Of a stretch of 64,000 nt of DNA, positions 12,931 through 24,255 are shown in pieces (the first letter of the stretch is position 1; every line of letters starts with the position of its first letter). Source of the DNA: Leucoraja ocellata (taxonomy: Eukaryota); NCBI GenBank assembly GCA_036785375.1, contig JAWMAR010000002.1:15190001-15254000 (forward strand). Reading direction: 5' to 3'. The translations under genes and the position numbers were made by a program. A model generated the notes under the pieces. The model had not been told where the DNA came from, made no database searches, and was given only the letters and a program-made list of their open reading frames with translations.

Positions 12931-13360
12931 TAGACTACAACCAAATCCAGATCATAGCTTTCTTTAAAAATAAATTACCCTGCAAGTGAATTGAAATTTT
13001 TAACAATAAATCACATTAGTGATGGCCACAAATGACATGATATGTTGCAGGTGACAGGGACGTGTTCTGTTTATTCTTGAACCCTACTCTGCTTCAAGGT
13101 CATTATCAAGAGTGAAAGGGAAGTAGCAGTGGCAGAAGATTTTATTTACTACAGCTCTACAAATCAGAAACATAACCAAGAACTTTAACTAGTGCATCCC
13201 ATGGGCTCTTGGGAGAAATGTACCCTCAATCAGCAGTGCCAAACTCACAATGTAGCAGCAGTCCTTTCCATCCCTTCTGAAACTATGTTCCATTAACTTC
13301 AGGGGAACTAGCCTTTGGAAAATCCAGAATACAATGCACTGATGCTGCTTGGACGTAATC

Positions 13361-13610
13361 TTTACTTTAGAGATACAGTGTGGAAACAGGCCCTTTGGCA
13401 CACCGAGTCCACGCTGACCAGCGATCACCCCCGTACACTAGCACTATCCAACACACTAGGGACAATACACACTTTTTTACCAAAGCCAATTATCCTACGC
13501 GGTCACAGGGAGAACGAACATACTCCGCACTGACAGCCCCCGTACTCAGGGTCGAATCCGTGTCTCTGTAAGGTGCTATAGGGCAGCAACTCGACCGCTG
13601 CGCCACTGTG
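13361..13610 (-). mobile_element. V-SINE (HE1-like)
   Basis: Minus strand cacagtggcgcagcggtcgagttgc head and ...ctgtatctctaaa tail. Confidence 0.8.
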
Positions 13611-13844
13611 ACATCCCTGCTTTGCTTTATCACCAATGACCAAAGATATCAGCTACATTTCTCCGTCTTGTGCTCACCTGACATTTCAGAAGTCTTATTC
13701 AGCACGCTGGGTCTAATTCATATTCCATTGATGGTGAGAGTTGGGGCTGAGGGACTGAAATACACCAGGAAAGAACCAGGCACTCATTCACCTCCATTCT
13801 CCATCAGGAAATAACTAACCTGTTCACACGAAGTGTGACCAGTT

Positions 13845-13877
13845 GTCTGAAGAAGAGTCTCGACCCGAAACGTCACC
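13845..13877 (+). ncRNA. Minimal type-I hammerhead ribozyme motif in a Penelope-like terminal repeat (element about 13845-13945)
   Basis: gt-CTGAAGA-a-gagt(ctcg)accc-GAAA-c-GTC-ac: both core boxes and the GUC triplet are intact, with one mismatch in stem II. Activity untested. Confidence 0.6.
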
Positions 13878-13969
13878 CATTCCTTCTTTCCGGAGGTTGC
13901 TGTCTGTCCCGATGAGTTACTCCAGCTTTTGTCGGTCTGTCTTTGGTTAGTAGGCAAATGTGGCAGCTA

Positions 13970-14050
13970 GTTTTGTTTAGTTTGGTTTATTATCACGTGT
14001 ACCGAGGTAGAGGGAAAAGCTTTCGTTTTTCGTGCAATCCAGAAGCAAAT
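13970..14050 (-). mobile_element. Rex1-type 3' tail fragment
   Basis: tttattatcacgtgtaccgaggtag...aaaagc; same family as 35180, 42165 and 62563. Confidence 0.6.
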
Positions 14051-14896
14051 CTCAGCACGGCATGATCCCAGAAATAACGAATGAGGGTGTAGTCGGCTAA
14101 TCTGTTTTGATTGAGGACTGAATGCTGACCAGGCCCCCGAGAGAGTACCTCCCCGAAAGTCTTTTCTCTTCACCTTGACACAGAGATACACTGTGACATA
14201 TCGTCTTACTCAAAGGACTGCACATTAGTGCAGGACTGTATATCCTCAGTACAACACTAAATTGTCGGCCTGGGTCTGTTTTTTTGGCGATAATATGTGG
14301 CAGCACCTCTAAAAAAATGAACGGTCATTATTCCATGTTACAGCCATGCTTATTAGTATATCAGCACCTTCTTGTCCACAAATAAAGCACCAGCCTAGAT
14401 TATGCAGTTGAGTTTGAATTTAACCCGAAGGTTTTCAGTTTCTAATGGAAACAAACTGAGAAAGTGAAGCAGTGTACAAAACGTCCCCACTTTTACATCT
14501 TGCCTCTGTACTGTATGGGGCCTGCCCATCGATACAGAATCAGGGCTGTGAATTTCCATCCCTGCCTCTCCAGACTTGACCACCACTGAAGTTTCCAGTA
14601 TCAATGGGCAAGGGGCTCATTTAGATGAAATGAAAGGTAGAGGGAGATGGAGAGCCTTCCTGCCGACTCATGCAAGCGGGGACTTTGTTGCCCTCTGCTC
14701 TGGAAGTAGATCAATAGTTAGTTTGTGCAGATACTTGCAATCGGTACCACCACTGCACCCCTCCAACAACTCCCTCCCCTTCCATTTATAACACTAACCC
14801 CCATTGACCTTTGATATGAGGGCCAGTCACATAATTTTGTTTCTTGAGTTTAAGGGTTCCTGTCAAATCTGTGGACCATGCCCAAATAATCTCCAT

Positions 14897-15630
14897 TGAG
14901 TCATTCAGCATGGAAGCAGGCCCTTTGGCCCAACATGTCCAAGATGCCCTATCTGCACTAGTCCCATTTGCCCAATATCCCTCTGAACCTTTCCTTTCCA
15001 TATACCTGTCCGAGTTTATTTTACATGCTGATATAGTATCTCTCTCAACTACCTCCTCTGGCAGTGCCTTCCATGTACCCACCACTCTCTGAGTGAAAAA
15101 GTTGTCCCTCAGGATTGTATTAAACCTTGTCACTCTCACTTTGAACATTGTCCTCTTCTTCACCCTACCCTGGGTAAAAGACTCTTGCGCTCTTGGTAAT
15201 GTTGATCCCTGCCATTTTATCGATGGCACATTGTTACGCTTAGATCCAAATTCAGAACAAGGATTGCAAATGCTTGGCTCAAAGGAGGGGCGAGGGAAGA
15301 ATCCATGATTGAATGGCGGAGTAGACTTGATGGGCCAATTGGCCGACTCCTGCTCTTATAACTTGTGAACTAAGATGGAGGGCGGTGAGGAACCTTTACC
15401 TCCAATCCCATCTCAGACTATTTCCTGTGTAAGAGGTTGAGGGTTTCACATCGGTTCCGTCTCTTTCAAAGCAACCCAAAATCCCGTGAAGGTATGTCAG
15501 AGGTTATGGGGAGAAGGCAGGAGAATGGGGTTAGGAGGGAGAGGTAGATCAGCCATGATTGAATGGTGGAGTAGACCTGATGGGCCGAATAGGGCCTGGT
15601 TCTACTCCTATCCTTTAAGATCTTATCATG
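14897..15630. mobile_element. Cluster of CR1 3' fragments (14897-15190 minus; 15300-15375 and 15491-15630 plus)
   Basis: Minus-strand ORF containing NFFTQRVVGTWKALPEEVVE...DRYMERKG; 3'UTR cagccatgattgaatgg motifs. Confidence 0.75.
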
Positions 15631-16452
15631 TAACTGCTTCTCTTTCATTTTTCTTTGGGGTTTTGCTCCACAAGTTAACCTGCAAAAGGGACGTGAGGTT
15701 ATGTTTGTGTCTGAGCCTCCATAGAACTCCCTCAGCCACAGTAAATCGGAGCAACCACTACACTGTGCCACCACAGTCGGGTTGCTTCTAACTTTCAAAT
15801 TGAAGTAAAGGTACAGGCAGACGTGGGTCCCTCTAACAACTCAACCGGGAAGCATAATTCATGCTGGTATTATTAACACAGGCTGTAGCCATGGCCCATG
15901 AACTGTGGGGCACCAGCTACACAAATAAACCATTGCTGCAGAACTGCATACCTTAGTAGCAGTAAGTATAAACAAAGGAAACAACAGCCTTGGGGCTCCA
16001 GATAGAGGTGCAGTGAGGGGTTTCAAGGGAGTGATTCCTTTGTATGTTCAGAAAGTGACTTGTGCCAGTGGTGATATGGGTCATTCTGCTTATAAAAGAA
16101 CACCTAGAAATTCTTATTGGTAGGCATTACAGTAAAAGGACACCAGTAAGTGATGTGGTCCTGTTGATTGATTAAGACCCAAACTCAAATGTCATCTGAG
16201 TCACAGCAGTTATCAATTTGGCAATCAAGTAAAAAAAAAAAAAATGTGAAGACATTTAGTACTATTGATCTTTATCGGGATTGTACATGTGCTCATTCTT
16301 CAAAAAGAGATGCCATTAATAATTGGTGTTAATAGTGATTAAAGATATATATACATTGAGATATTTTAGCTAGTTTGATTGCATTTATTGGTGAAGGTTG
16401 TTACTTGTTCAAGGAGTGATTGATGCATTTCAGCTTTAAGATCAGCATAGTT

Positions 16453-16730
16453 AACACAGTGGCACCACTGGTAGAGCTGCTGCCTCATACGATCCTCACC
16501 TCCGGTGCTGGCCAATGTGGGGTTCGAATGTTCTCCCAGGGATAGTATGGGTTTGTCCCAGATGCTTCAGTTTCCTCTCACATCCCAAAGGCTAATTGGC
16601 TGCTGTAAATTGCCCCGAGTGTGTAGGTGAGTGGAAGCATCTTGGGGAAGTGGATGTGAATATGGAACAAAATCAGTGGGGAATAGGATTGCCTTAGTGG
16701 GCTGAAATGGCCTCTTTTTATTTTGTAATC
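16453..16730 (+). mobile_element. Degraded V-SINE
   Basis: cacagtggcaccactggtagagctgctgcctca head and tttcctctcacatcccaaag central domain. Confidence 0.65.
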
Positions 16731-16789
16731 AAATGTGAAGAATATGAAATGTGGAATACCTATAGGGTATACATAACATTTATTCCCAT

Positions 16790-17104
16790 GGTGTACCACC
16801 AGACTCGGGAATAGTTTCTTTCCCTCTGATATCAAGCTTCTTAATGGTCCTTCCTTCAGCCAGGGTACTGTTTGATTCACCTCTACCCTACTGTGTACAT
16901 TGGACTTTGTCGTGGGAATTGATGTACGACGATGCTGAGAACTATAGTCTACACTCTGCATCTTCCCCTTTGCTCTATGCATTGTGGTGGAGTTTGACTT
17001 GATTGTATTTATGTACAGTGTTATCTGATCTGATTGGATAGCTTGCAAAAACAAAACATTTTCCTGTACCTCGGTACATGTGACAATAATAAACACAAAC
17101 CAAA
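16790..17104 (+). mobile_element. Rex1/Babar LINE 3' end
   Basis: TTRLGNSFFPSDIKLLN C-terminus, then 3'UTR ending ctgtacctcggtacatgtgacaataataaa. Confidence 0.75.
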
Positions 17105-17276
17105 ATCATCTTTTTCTTGTCATCTGAAACATGGAATTAATATCTGGATACAACTTTCTCGGCTTGGGATATCAATAAATTATAAAAGGTACGTGGAGGT
17201 TTAGATTATCGGTATTTTGCCAACGTGTGTAAAGGCCGAGTTGGTAACAAAAGGTGATCTAACAAAGACCGGTTTT

Positions 17277-17675
17277 GGAGGAATAACACCTCATATTTTG
17301 CTTGGCCAGCGGTATGAACATTCTCTAACTTCAAGTGACCCTTGATTTCCCCCTCTCTCTCCATCTCTCCCCCTTCCCAGTTCTCGGATCAGTCTGACTG
17401 TCTCCGACTACATTTTATCTCTGTTTGTTGTTACCTTCTCCCAGCTAACAATGATCTATCCTACATTTAATTTCCATCCACTTTGTCCCATTTTCACACC
17501 TTACACTTCCTTATCTATGCATCTCCCTCTCCCCTGACATCAGTCTGAAGAACGGTCTCGACCCAAAACATCACCCATTCCTTCTCTCCAGAGATGCTGC
17601 CTGTCCCGCTGAGTTACTCCAGCATTTTGTGTCCATCTTCGGTTTACACCAGCATCAGCAGTTCCTTCCTACATA
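17277..17675 (+). mobile_element. Penelope-like element 3' end: end of GIY-YIG ORF, 3'UTR, hammerhead-bearing terminal repeat and tail
   Basis: EE*HLIFCL..PSGMNI..SNFK* (same C-terminus as the 37749 ORF), pyrimidine-rich UTR, cagtCTGAAGAacggtctcgacccAAAAcatc at 17541, tail gcatcagcagttccttcctaca. Confidence 0.85.
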
Positions 17676-17772
17676 AGACCTGCTTGATTGACCTGGTTGA
17701 AGATATGAGTGAGTTGAACAGGAGATCATGGGTGCATTAATTTTGAAACTGGGGCCAGAGTGTTCCGAAACT

Positions 17773-17864
17773 ACACAAAAAAGCTGGAGAAACTCAGCGG
17801 GTGCAGCAGCATCTATGGAGCGAAGGAAATCGGCATCGTTTCGGGCCGAAACCCTTCTTCAGAC
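17773..17864 (-). mobile_element. Penelope-like terminal repeat (second subfamily) with TSD
   Basis: Minus strand gtCTGAAGAagggt(ttcg)gcccGAAAcgat. TSD gtgttccRaaact at 17760-17772 and 17865-17877. Confidence 0.8.
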
Positions 17865-19459
17865 GTGTTCCAAAACTGTTGGGTTTCCGTGACCCAGTAC
17901 ACAAGATGGTGCCAGTGTTTTTGACTGTACAGGAGGATTCCCATTCACTGATGAGAGCTGGACATTGTAGTATAACTTGAGAAGGTACCGCCTGCTGTTC
18001 TGCCTGAGGTCAGCTGTTGCCTCCTAACTGAGTCTGTTGTCCGCCAGAATGTGTGTGTGGGTGGGAAGACAACTTTGTTATTGCTTGGATTTTATGACTT
18101 ATCCCTCCTTTCACACCTCCCCCCCACCCCACACCTCCCATTCTCAGCAGCATCGACCTTAGCCATCCAGAAGCAGGGTGATTGCTTCCCACATCTGCCC
18201 CGGACTTTCTCAGTGAGAGAGATTTGCAAGCCGTTGATTGATACACTGGTTGTATCCGTCAGATTTGTGTTGAAGGCATTTTGCTTTTCATGTAAGCTTT
18301 TATTTTCAGGTGGGTCGGGTGCCTTCTGAAAGGATACTTCACCCCAGCAAATTAAACGCTACCAATGTGGACTGATTAACTCTCCACTGCATTTGTTTTA
18401 AGTGAACCATTTTTTTGCCGATCGGGAAGGGTTTAGAAAGAAGGCAAGGCCTAGTCTGACTCCGGGAAGGTGTGAGTTTACCTGACACAGAGATGGGGTG
18501 GGTTGGGGGGTGGGGGCTATGTGGAGCTTTCCTACATAATGCACAACCCTGGCTGCTCGAAGACTGTGAGGTGTATTATATTTCCTTGGTTATTGGTGTA
18601 GATTCTAAATAAAGATAATGGGAGAGAAAAATCAACAGTAACGTTTTATTTTAGGCAACATTTCACTTGCCTTGGTGCGGGGACCGAACTGAGTTCAACA
18701 AATTCATTTTTTTCCATGAATGAAGTCAGCAATGTGGAAAGATTTTGCCTTTCAGGGCTGGATGAATGTATATCTCAGCCACACATTAAGCCGCATTAAC
18801 AGGCAGTGGAGTGCTTAATGTGGCCATTTTTCACAGGAGCCAACAGAGGAGATGATTAGCATAATTAGTACAGGCAAGCCTATACATATGGAAATGCCAA
18901 CTGCATAAATGCCAGCACCAGTGGAAATTTATGTCAAGGCTGACAGGAATCTCAGGGCTCAATAGTTTCCAGCTGTACCTCTTTGGGTCACACTGTCCTC
19001 AACCCAGCTAGGGTCTTTGGTTTCCGAATCTAAGTGTGAACCGGCTAAAGGCAGGCCGCTATCGTTGCTCTGGCTCGTAAAACAGCCAGGATCGCAGCAC
19101 TTGCCCGCACCCTTAATCACTCAACTTTGTCCCCCCTTCCTAATTTTACAAAGATCTTAATTATTTTCAATATGATCAATACCTCTCCCCCCTCCCCCAC
19201 ATTCCCCAGCCCCGGCCTTCTCTTCTCCACCCACTTTCTTTGGTTTATTTTTTTTTTATGTGGGGGCTTTGGTCTCTTGCTTTTGTTGTAGAGAATTCTT
19301 TTTCTCCCCCTGTTTGTTACAGAACATCTCTGACGGACATTCATGGTGGTGACAAAGCCTTGCATTCATTCACTGGAGGCTTGATGAGCCCAGCCTATTG
19401 GGCCTGGGGTGGAGCACACATCTGCTACTCGATTCAGGCAATGGAAAGATTTATTTTCA

Positions 19460-19932
19460 NNNNNNNNNNNNNNNNNNNNNNNNNNNNNNNNNNNNNNNNN
19501 NNNNNNNNNNNNNNNNNNNNNNNNNNNNNNNNNNNNNNNNNNNNNNNNNNNNNNNNNNNNNNNNNNNNNNNNNNNNNNNNNNNNNNNNNNNNNNNNNNNN
19601 NNNNNNNNNNNNNNNNNNNNNNNNNNNNNNNNNNNNNNNNNNNNNNNNNNNNNNNNNNNNNNNNNNNNNNNNNNNNNNNNNNNNNNNNNNNNNNNNNNNN
19701 NNNNNNNNNNNNNNNNNNNNNNNNNNNNNNNNNNNNNNNNNNNNNNNNNNNNNNNNNNNNNNNNNNNNNNNNNNNNNNNNNNNNNNNNNNNNNNNNNNNN
19801 NNNNNNNNNNNNNNNNNNNNNNNNNNNNNNNNNNNNNNNNNNNNNNNNNNNNNNNNNNNNNNNNNNNNNNNNNNNNNNNNNNNNNNNNNNNNNNNNNNNN
19901 NNNNNNNNNNNNNNNNNNNNNNNNNNNNNNNN
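19460..19932. other. Assembly gap (N run)
   Basis: Run of N. Confidence 1.
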
Positions 19933-20721
19933 CTCCCAGCCATTCTGCCCCCCCCCCCACCCCCCGACTCATGCTACCATAACATTAGACCCCCTAACAA
20001 ACGTAGAAGGTGGTGCTGGGAAAAGTCCTGACAACAATGATGTAAAACAAAGAAAACATTCGGGCCAATACATGTTGTGACAGCCCTTGGCTGGAGAGCA
20101 CTTATGAGCCTCTGGGGCTTGTGTCTCCCTCTCCCCTCCCCCTTCCCTCTTATAATAGAAGGCAGGAGTAGCTTGGACAGGTATAAAAAAAAGTCTCTTT
20201 CAACTAGTCCACAGTGAGACTTCCTCCAAAGCAGCATGGGTCTTTTCAGTGGAGCCCTAATCCAGCTAATCCTACCCACAACACTTTGAAGGTGGCCTTT
20301 ACCACGTACGCCGTGCCATTGGAAGAAAGGCCCGAGTGCAGGGCATGTCATTTTTTTTCTCTTTTTTTCTGGATGCTGCTGTATGACAGGGACACGCTTG
20401 TTTTTAATCACCAATTAAAATAGATGTGTAACTTTAAAACGAAAGCTCATCTATGAGTTGGCATTTGCCTGAGCACTGTGGCATTTGTGTAATTTTTCCT
20501 AACAAATTCATGATTTCTGTAACCCAGTACAAGAGAGGTGCATATAATGTGCTCATAGTTATATCTCCAAAAGGGGCACGCTGTTACTCAATCCAGGACT
20601 CTAGTACAATGTAGCAAATGGGGCTTTATTGCCCACTGATAACTTTAGTGGGAATTAGCTCCAGATTATTCCTCAACAAATTTGCGCTGCTTTTGATAAT
20701 TCATCCTTTAAGATAGCAAAT

Positions 20722-21150
20722 TTCCGGTAGGCGGCGCCGCTCTGGCCAGCAGCGGCCTCTGCAGCCTGTCCGCGTTTTTATTATTTTTTGTCTGTGTTTC
20801 TGTGTAGTTTTTGTTATTTTATGTTGGGGTGTGTGTGTGGGGGGGGGGTGGGGGGTGGGGTGGGAGGGGTGGGAGGGGGGGGGGGGGGGAGAAACTTTTT
20901 GAATCTCTCCCTGCACTGAGACCCGACCTTTTCTCGTCGGGTCTCAGTCGTCGTTGAGGGCCGTAACGAGGAGCGGCCTCCAACGGGAAGAGACCGGGGA
21001 CTCGGGTGTCGACTCACCTCACCGTCGCGGAGCTGGCCGGGTCCGGAGCGGTGGAGGAGCGCTGCTGCTGCTGATGCTGTTGCTGCTGCTGCTGCTGCTG
21101 CTGCCGGAGAGTCGGAGGCTCTCTACAGGTCTGTGGTCGACGGCGCCGAG
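20722..21150 (+). mobile_element. CpG-rich young repeat 5' region with poly-G tract, perfect 13-bp hairpin and (GCT)n microsatellite; unclassified, related to 47421-48066
   Basis: Abrupt GC/CpG-rich block starting ttccggtaggcggcg; hairpin 20915-20948; (GCT)n about 21061-21103; alignable to the minus strand of 47950-48066. Confidence 0.55.
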
Positions 21151-21240
21151 GATTCTGGGAGGAATTCCATTGACTGACAGATCTGGTACTATTTCAGTAC
21201 TATATCCACCACAGAACGAGAATGGAATTGTACAATACTG

Positions 21241-21420
21241 CTACGATGTATTCAAGAGAGAGTTAGATATAGCTCTTAGGGCTAACAGAATCAAGGGATA
21301 TGGGGAGAAAGCAGGAAAACGTTACTGATTTTGGACGATCAGCCATGATCATATTGAATGGAGGTGCTGGCTCAAAGGGCCGAATGGCCTACTCCTGTAC
21401 CTATTTTCTATGTTTCTATG
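21241..21420 (+). mobile_element. CR1 3' end with (TTTCTATG)n tail
   Basis: DVFKRELDIALRANRIKGYGEKAG C-terminus, then gatcagccatgatcatattgaatgg...ctattttctatgtttctatg. Confidence 0.85.
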
Positions 21421-21819
21421 GAACAAATTTCAGAGATCGAGTACAATGCAAAGATGGAGCATAAGGCTGGTACACACTCAATGGCCTGCTTGCAGCAATT
21501 TATGAAAATAGGAACTCAGACATGGCATTAAACCTATTTCAGGGTTTATGACGCGTTCTTTGGTATCCTCCCCCACATTTGACATTTTAATTGTAGGAAT
21601 CGCTGATCATAGTCAATGGTGAGATCACTGAGTGTGAATGGCTTCATGCTTCGATGATCCACTGGGACTACATTGCCTTTGGATGATCGTGTGAAAGGAT
21701 AGATTTCATAAATTCCACTCATTAAACATCTTTCCCAATTTTCATTTCATTGGAACTTTCCAAAAAAATTGTCTTCTTGGGACTGTGTCAACTTGAATCA
21801 TCCAGTTAGCCCCATACAC

Positions 21820-22415
21820 AACCAAGATTGTGTGCGCTCACCTTATCCATGACCCTTTGGATTTTATACACTTCTATACGTTTATGCCTCAATCTCTTAC
21901 ACTCCACGAGTAAGGTTGTAGCCTACCCAACCTCTTCCTGGCATTGTTCTTGTGAATCTTCTTTGCACTCACCAGTTTAACAAAGTGTTTCCCAAAGCAA
22001 GGTTACAAATGCTGTACGCAATAAGTGTAGCTTCACCAACATCTTGTACAACAGCAGTTTAATGTCCAAGCTCCTGCACTCAATGCCCTGGCTTATGAAG
22101 GCCAAAGTGCCAGAATGCTTCAACACCTATCACCTAACGCCACTGACGCTGTTTGACATCCCTAAATGCAACATATTGCATTTATCTGAATTGAACAACA
22201 TTTGCCATTTCTCGGCCTAATTATATTTGATAACTTTCTTCATTCTACAACATTTCCCAAATCATTTATATAAATGACAAATAACAATTGGCCCATCACT
22301 CATGCCCATGGCACTAGTCACAAAATTGCTGCTCATAAAACAACTTTTGAACAACACCCTCAGCTTTGTAACATCAAGCCTTTTATCTGTACAGGTGGCT
22401 AGTCATCTCTGGATT
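21820..22415 (-). mobile_element. Old degenerate CR1 fragment
   Basis: Diverged similarity to the minus-strand CR1 at 1-1040 (e.g. cttgtacaac..., gcatttatctgaattgaa, aaatcatttatataaatgacaa). Confidence 0.5.
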
Positions 22416-23950
22416 CCTGGTTTTGTGCAGGAGCTGGCTCTTCTGTTTCAAGTGGGATTTAATAATCAAATTTGAAAGGAGGCAGTAAATGTATTGCACT
22501 GTTATATTTGGATTAGAATTGGTTGGAACCATTTATGCTTGATATAGAATATCACGGTAACACTGTCACGTTTTGTGAACCGTTAGACTTTCCCTCAAAG
22601 CCTTGGGATAAAAAATCATGTTGACAATTCCACCCATGCCCAAATTCCTGATTATCCTTCCTCTCAGTAAGGATGCACTGGGGAAAAGAAGCAAAGCAGA
22701 CAGCTTAATATTTCCCTGAAGACAAGTTGCCCTTCCCTCGTAAAGCATTGCTGCATAGTTCCAAACATTCCAAGACCCCTGGAAGCAAGCTGTTTTCTGC
22801 ATCTTGTACTTGAGGAGTAGTGCATGGTTACTTGGAGCATGGAGCGGCGGACCTCAGTGAAGGGGTAAAAGTGAGCTTTACCTAGCATTTCAAAGATCAT
22901 CTTAATGTGTATAATAAAATTCTGCTGTGTGCTTTTCCATGTAACACCTCACAAAAATATGAGAGACACGTCTCTCAATGTGCTTAAAATGTTACAAGGT
23001 TTTTCCTGATCCTCATTCAGTTACTACGCTGGAAGTTTTCTGCAGGGGTGAAGCTGTTGACAGGCCTAATTGGTCTTCAGTAAAGAATGGAATACATTTT
23101 GGTTAACATCAGCATCTGTGTTAAATGTACAAGAAGATTGATTCTTCATGACTGGTGCTTTGATATTAATATTGCACACGTCAGTGGGATTTGTAGGTAC
23201 ATTCCTCTTGGGGTATATTGTTTAGTAGTGTACTGATGAGTGAAAGGAATCTCCATGAAAGTGCAAGATATCCTGCCCTGCATTTACCACACCGATTAAC
23301 TTCAAAGAAATCATCACCACATCCAGGTTTTAAAATCTCAAAATGCAAGCTATTTACTCATGGCAAGTGGAGTTTCTACATTAATAGTTTCTTCAAGAAA
23401 CAAAATCCTGATCCAGGCCATCAGAATCGTAATTTTGTGCACCAAGAGCAGTCTCCCCACATTTAGACTTCACCACAACAACATATTAGAAGTCTAATCA
23501 GTGTTGTATAAAGTAACACTTTTGTTAAATGTTTTTTTGTTGCTTTTATTTAAATTGAATTGCTGAATGAAAGCTTCAGCTGAGCTGAGATGCAAGGATC
23601 TGCCAGTTGGCTATTTTGACCTAGCGTTTATAGAATTCCTGAATCAACCACAACATTTCTTGGCAACGTGAGTATTAGGATTCAGCAGGTGTAGTTTCTT
23701 TTCTCTGTTCGCTGCGAAGGGAAGAAAATAGTAAAAAAGAGTATGAGTGCGTGAGCAAAAAAAAATCATAGGTACCAATGTCACCGGGCGGAATGTAAGT
23801 TCGGAGATGAATTTCAGGTCATTTATTGAGGAGTGTGCAACGATCCCTCACCATGCGGATGTTGGGTATCTAAATATTCATTTCTCAGTTTTCAAATCTC
23901 TTTGTGAGATTTCACCTTGTGTTTGAACTTGTTGATGAGAAACAAAAGCA

Positions 23951-24255
23951 GGGCCGGCACGATGACACAGCGGTAGAGTTGCTGCCTTACAGCGCCAGAG
24001 ACCCACATTCCATCCTGGCCACAGGTGCTGTCTGTACGGAGTTTGTATGTCCTCCCCATGGCTGCGTGAGTTTTCCCCGGGTGTTCCGGTTTCCTCCCAC
24101 ACTCCAAAGATGTACAGGTTTGCATGGTAAATGGCTTCGGTAAAGTTTGTAAATTGTCCCTAATATGTAGGATAGTGCTAGTGTGTGTGGGGAATGCTGG
24201 TCTGCTAGGACTCGGTGGGCCTGTTTCCACGCTGTATCTCTAAAGTAAATGAAAC
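23951..24255 (+). mobile_element. V-SINE (HE1-like)
   Basis: ggcacgatgacacagcggtagagttgctgccttacagcgccagagacc head; ccggtttcctcccacactccaaaga V-domain; ctgtatctctaaa tail. Confidence 0.85.

Noticed and set aside
16578-17096. 172-aa minus-strand ORF
   Set aside because: It is the antisense reading of a SINE remnant plus a Rex1 3' end, with no recognisable protein. The same applies to 43965-44534.
19240-20080. Long ORFs (169-263 aa) in the ORF track
   Set aside because: They are artefacts of translating through the N gap. The same applies to 40733-41144.
20880-21010. Fit of the covarying hairpin region to HDV-like or twister ribozymes
   Set aside because: I could not build the nested P1/P2/P3 pseudoknot or the twister conserved segments by eye. 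It is left as an unknown motif.
20954-21328. 124-aa ORF with a poly-Leu, signal-peptide-like stretch
   Set aside because: It is a chimera of a (GCT)n microsatellite in a repeat and a CR1 C-terminus, with no evidence of a gene.
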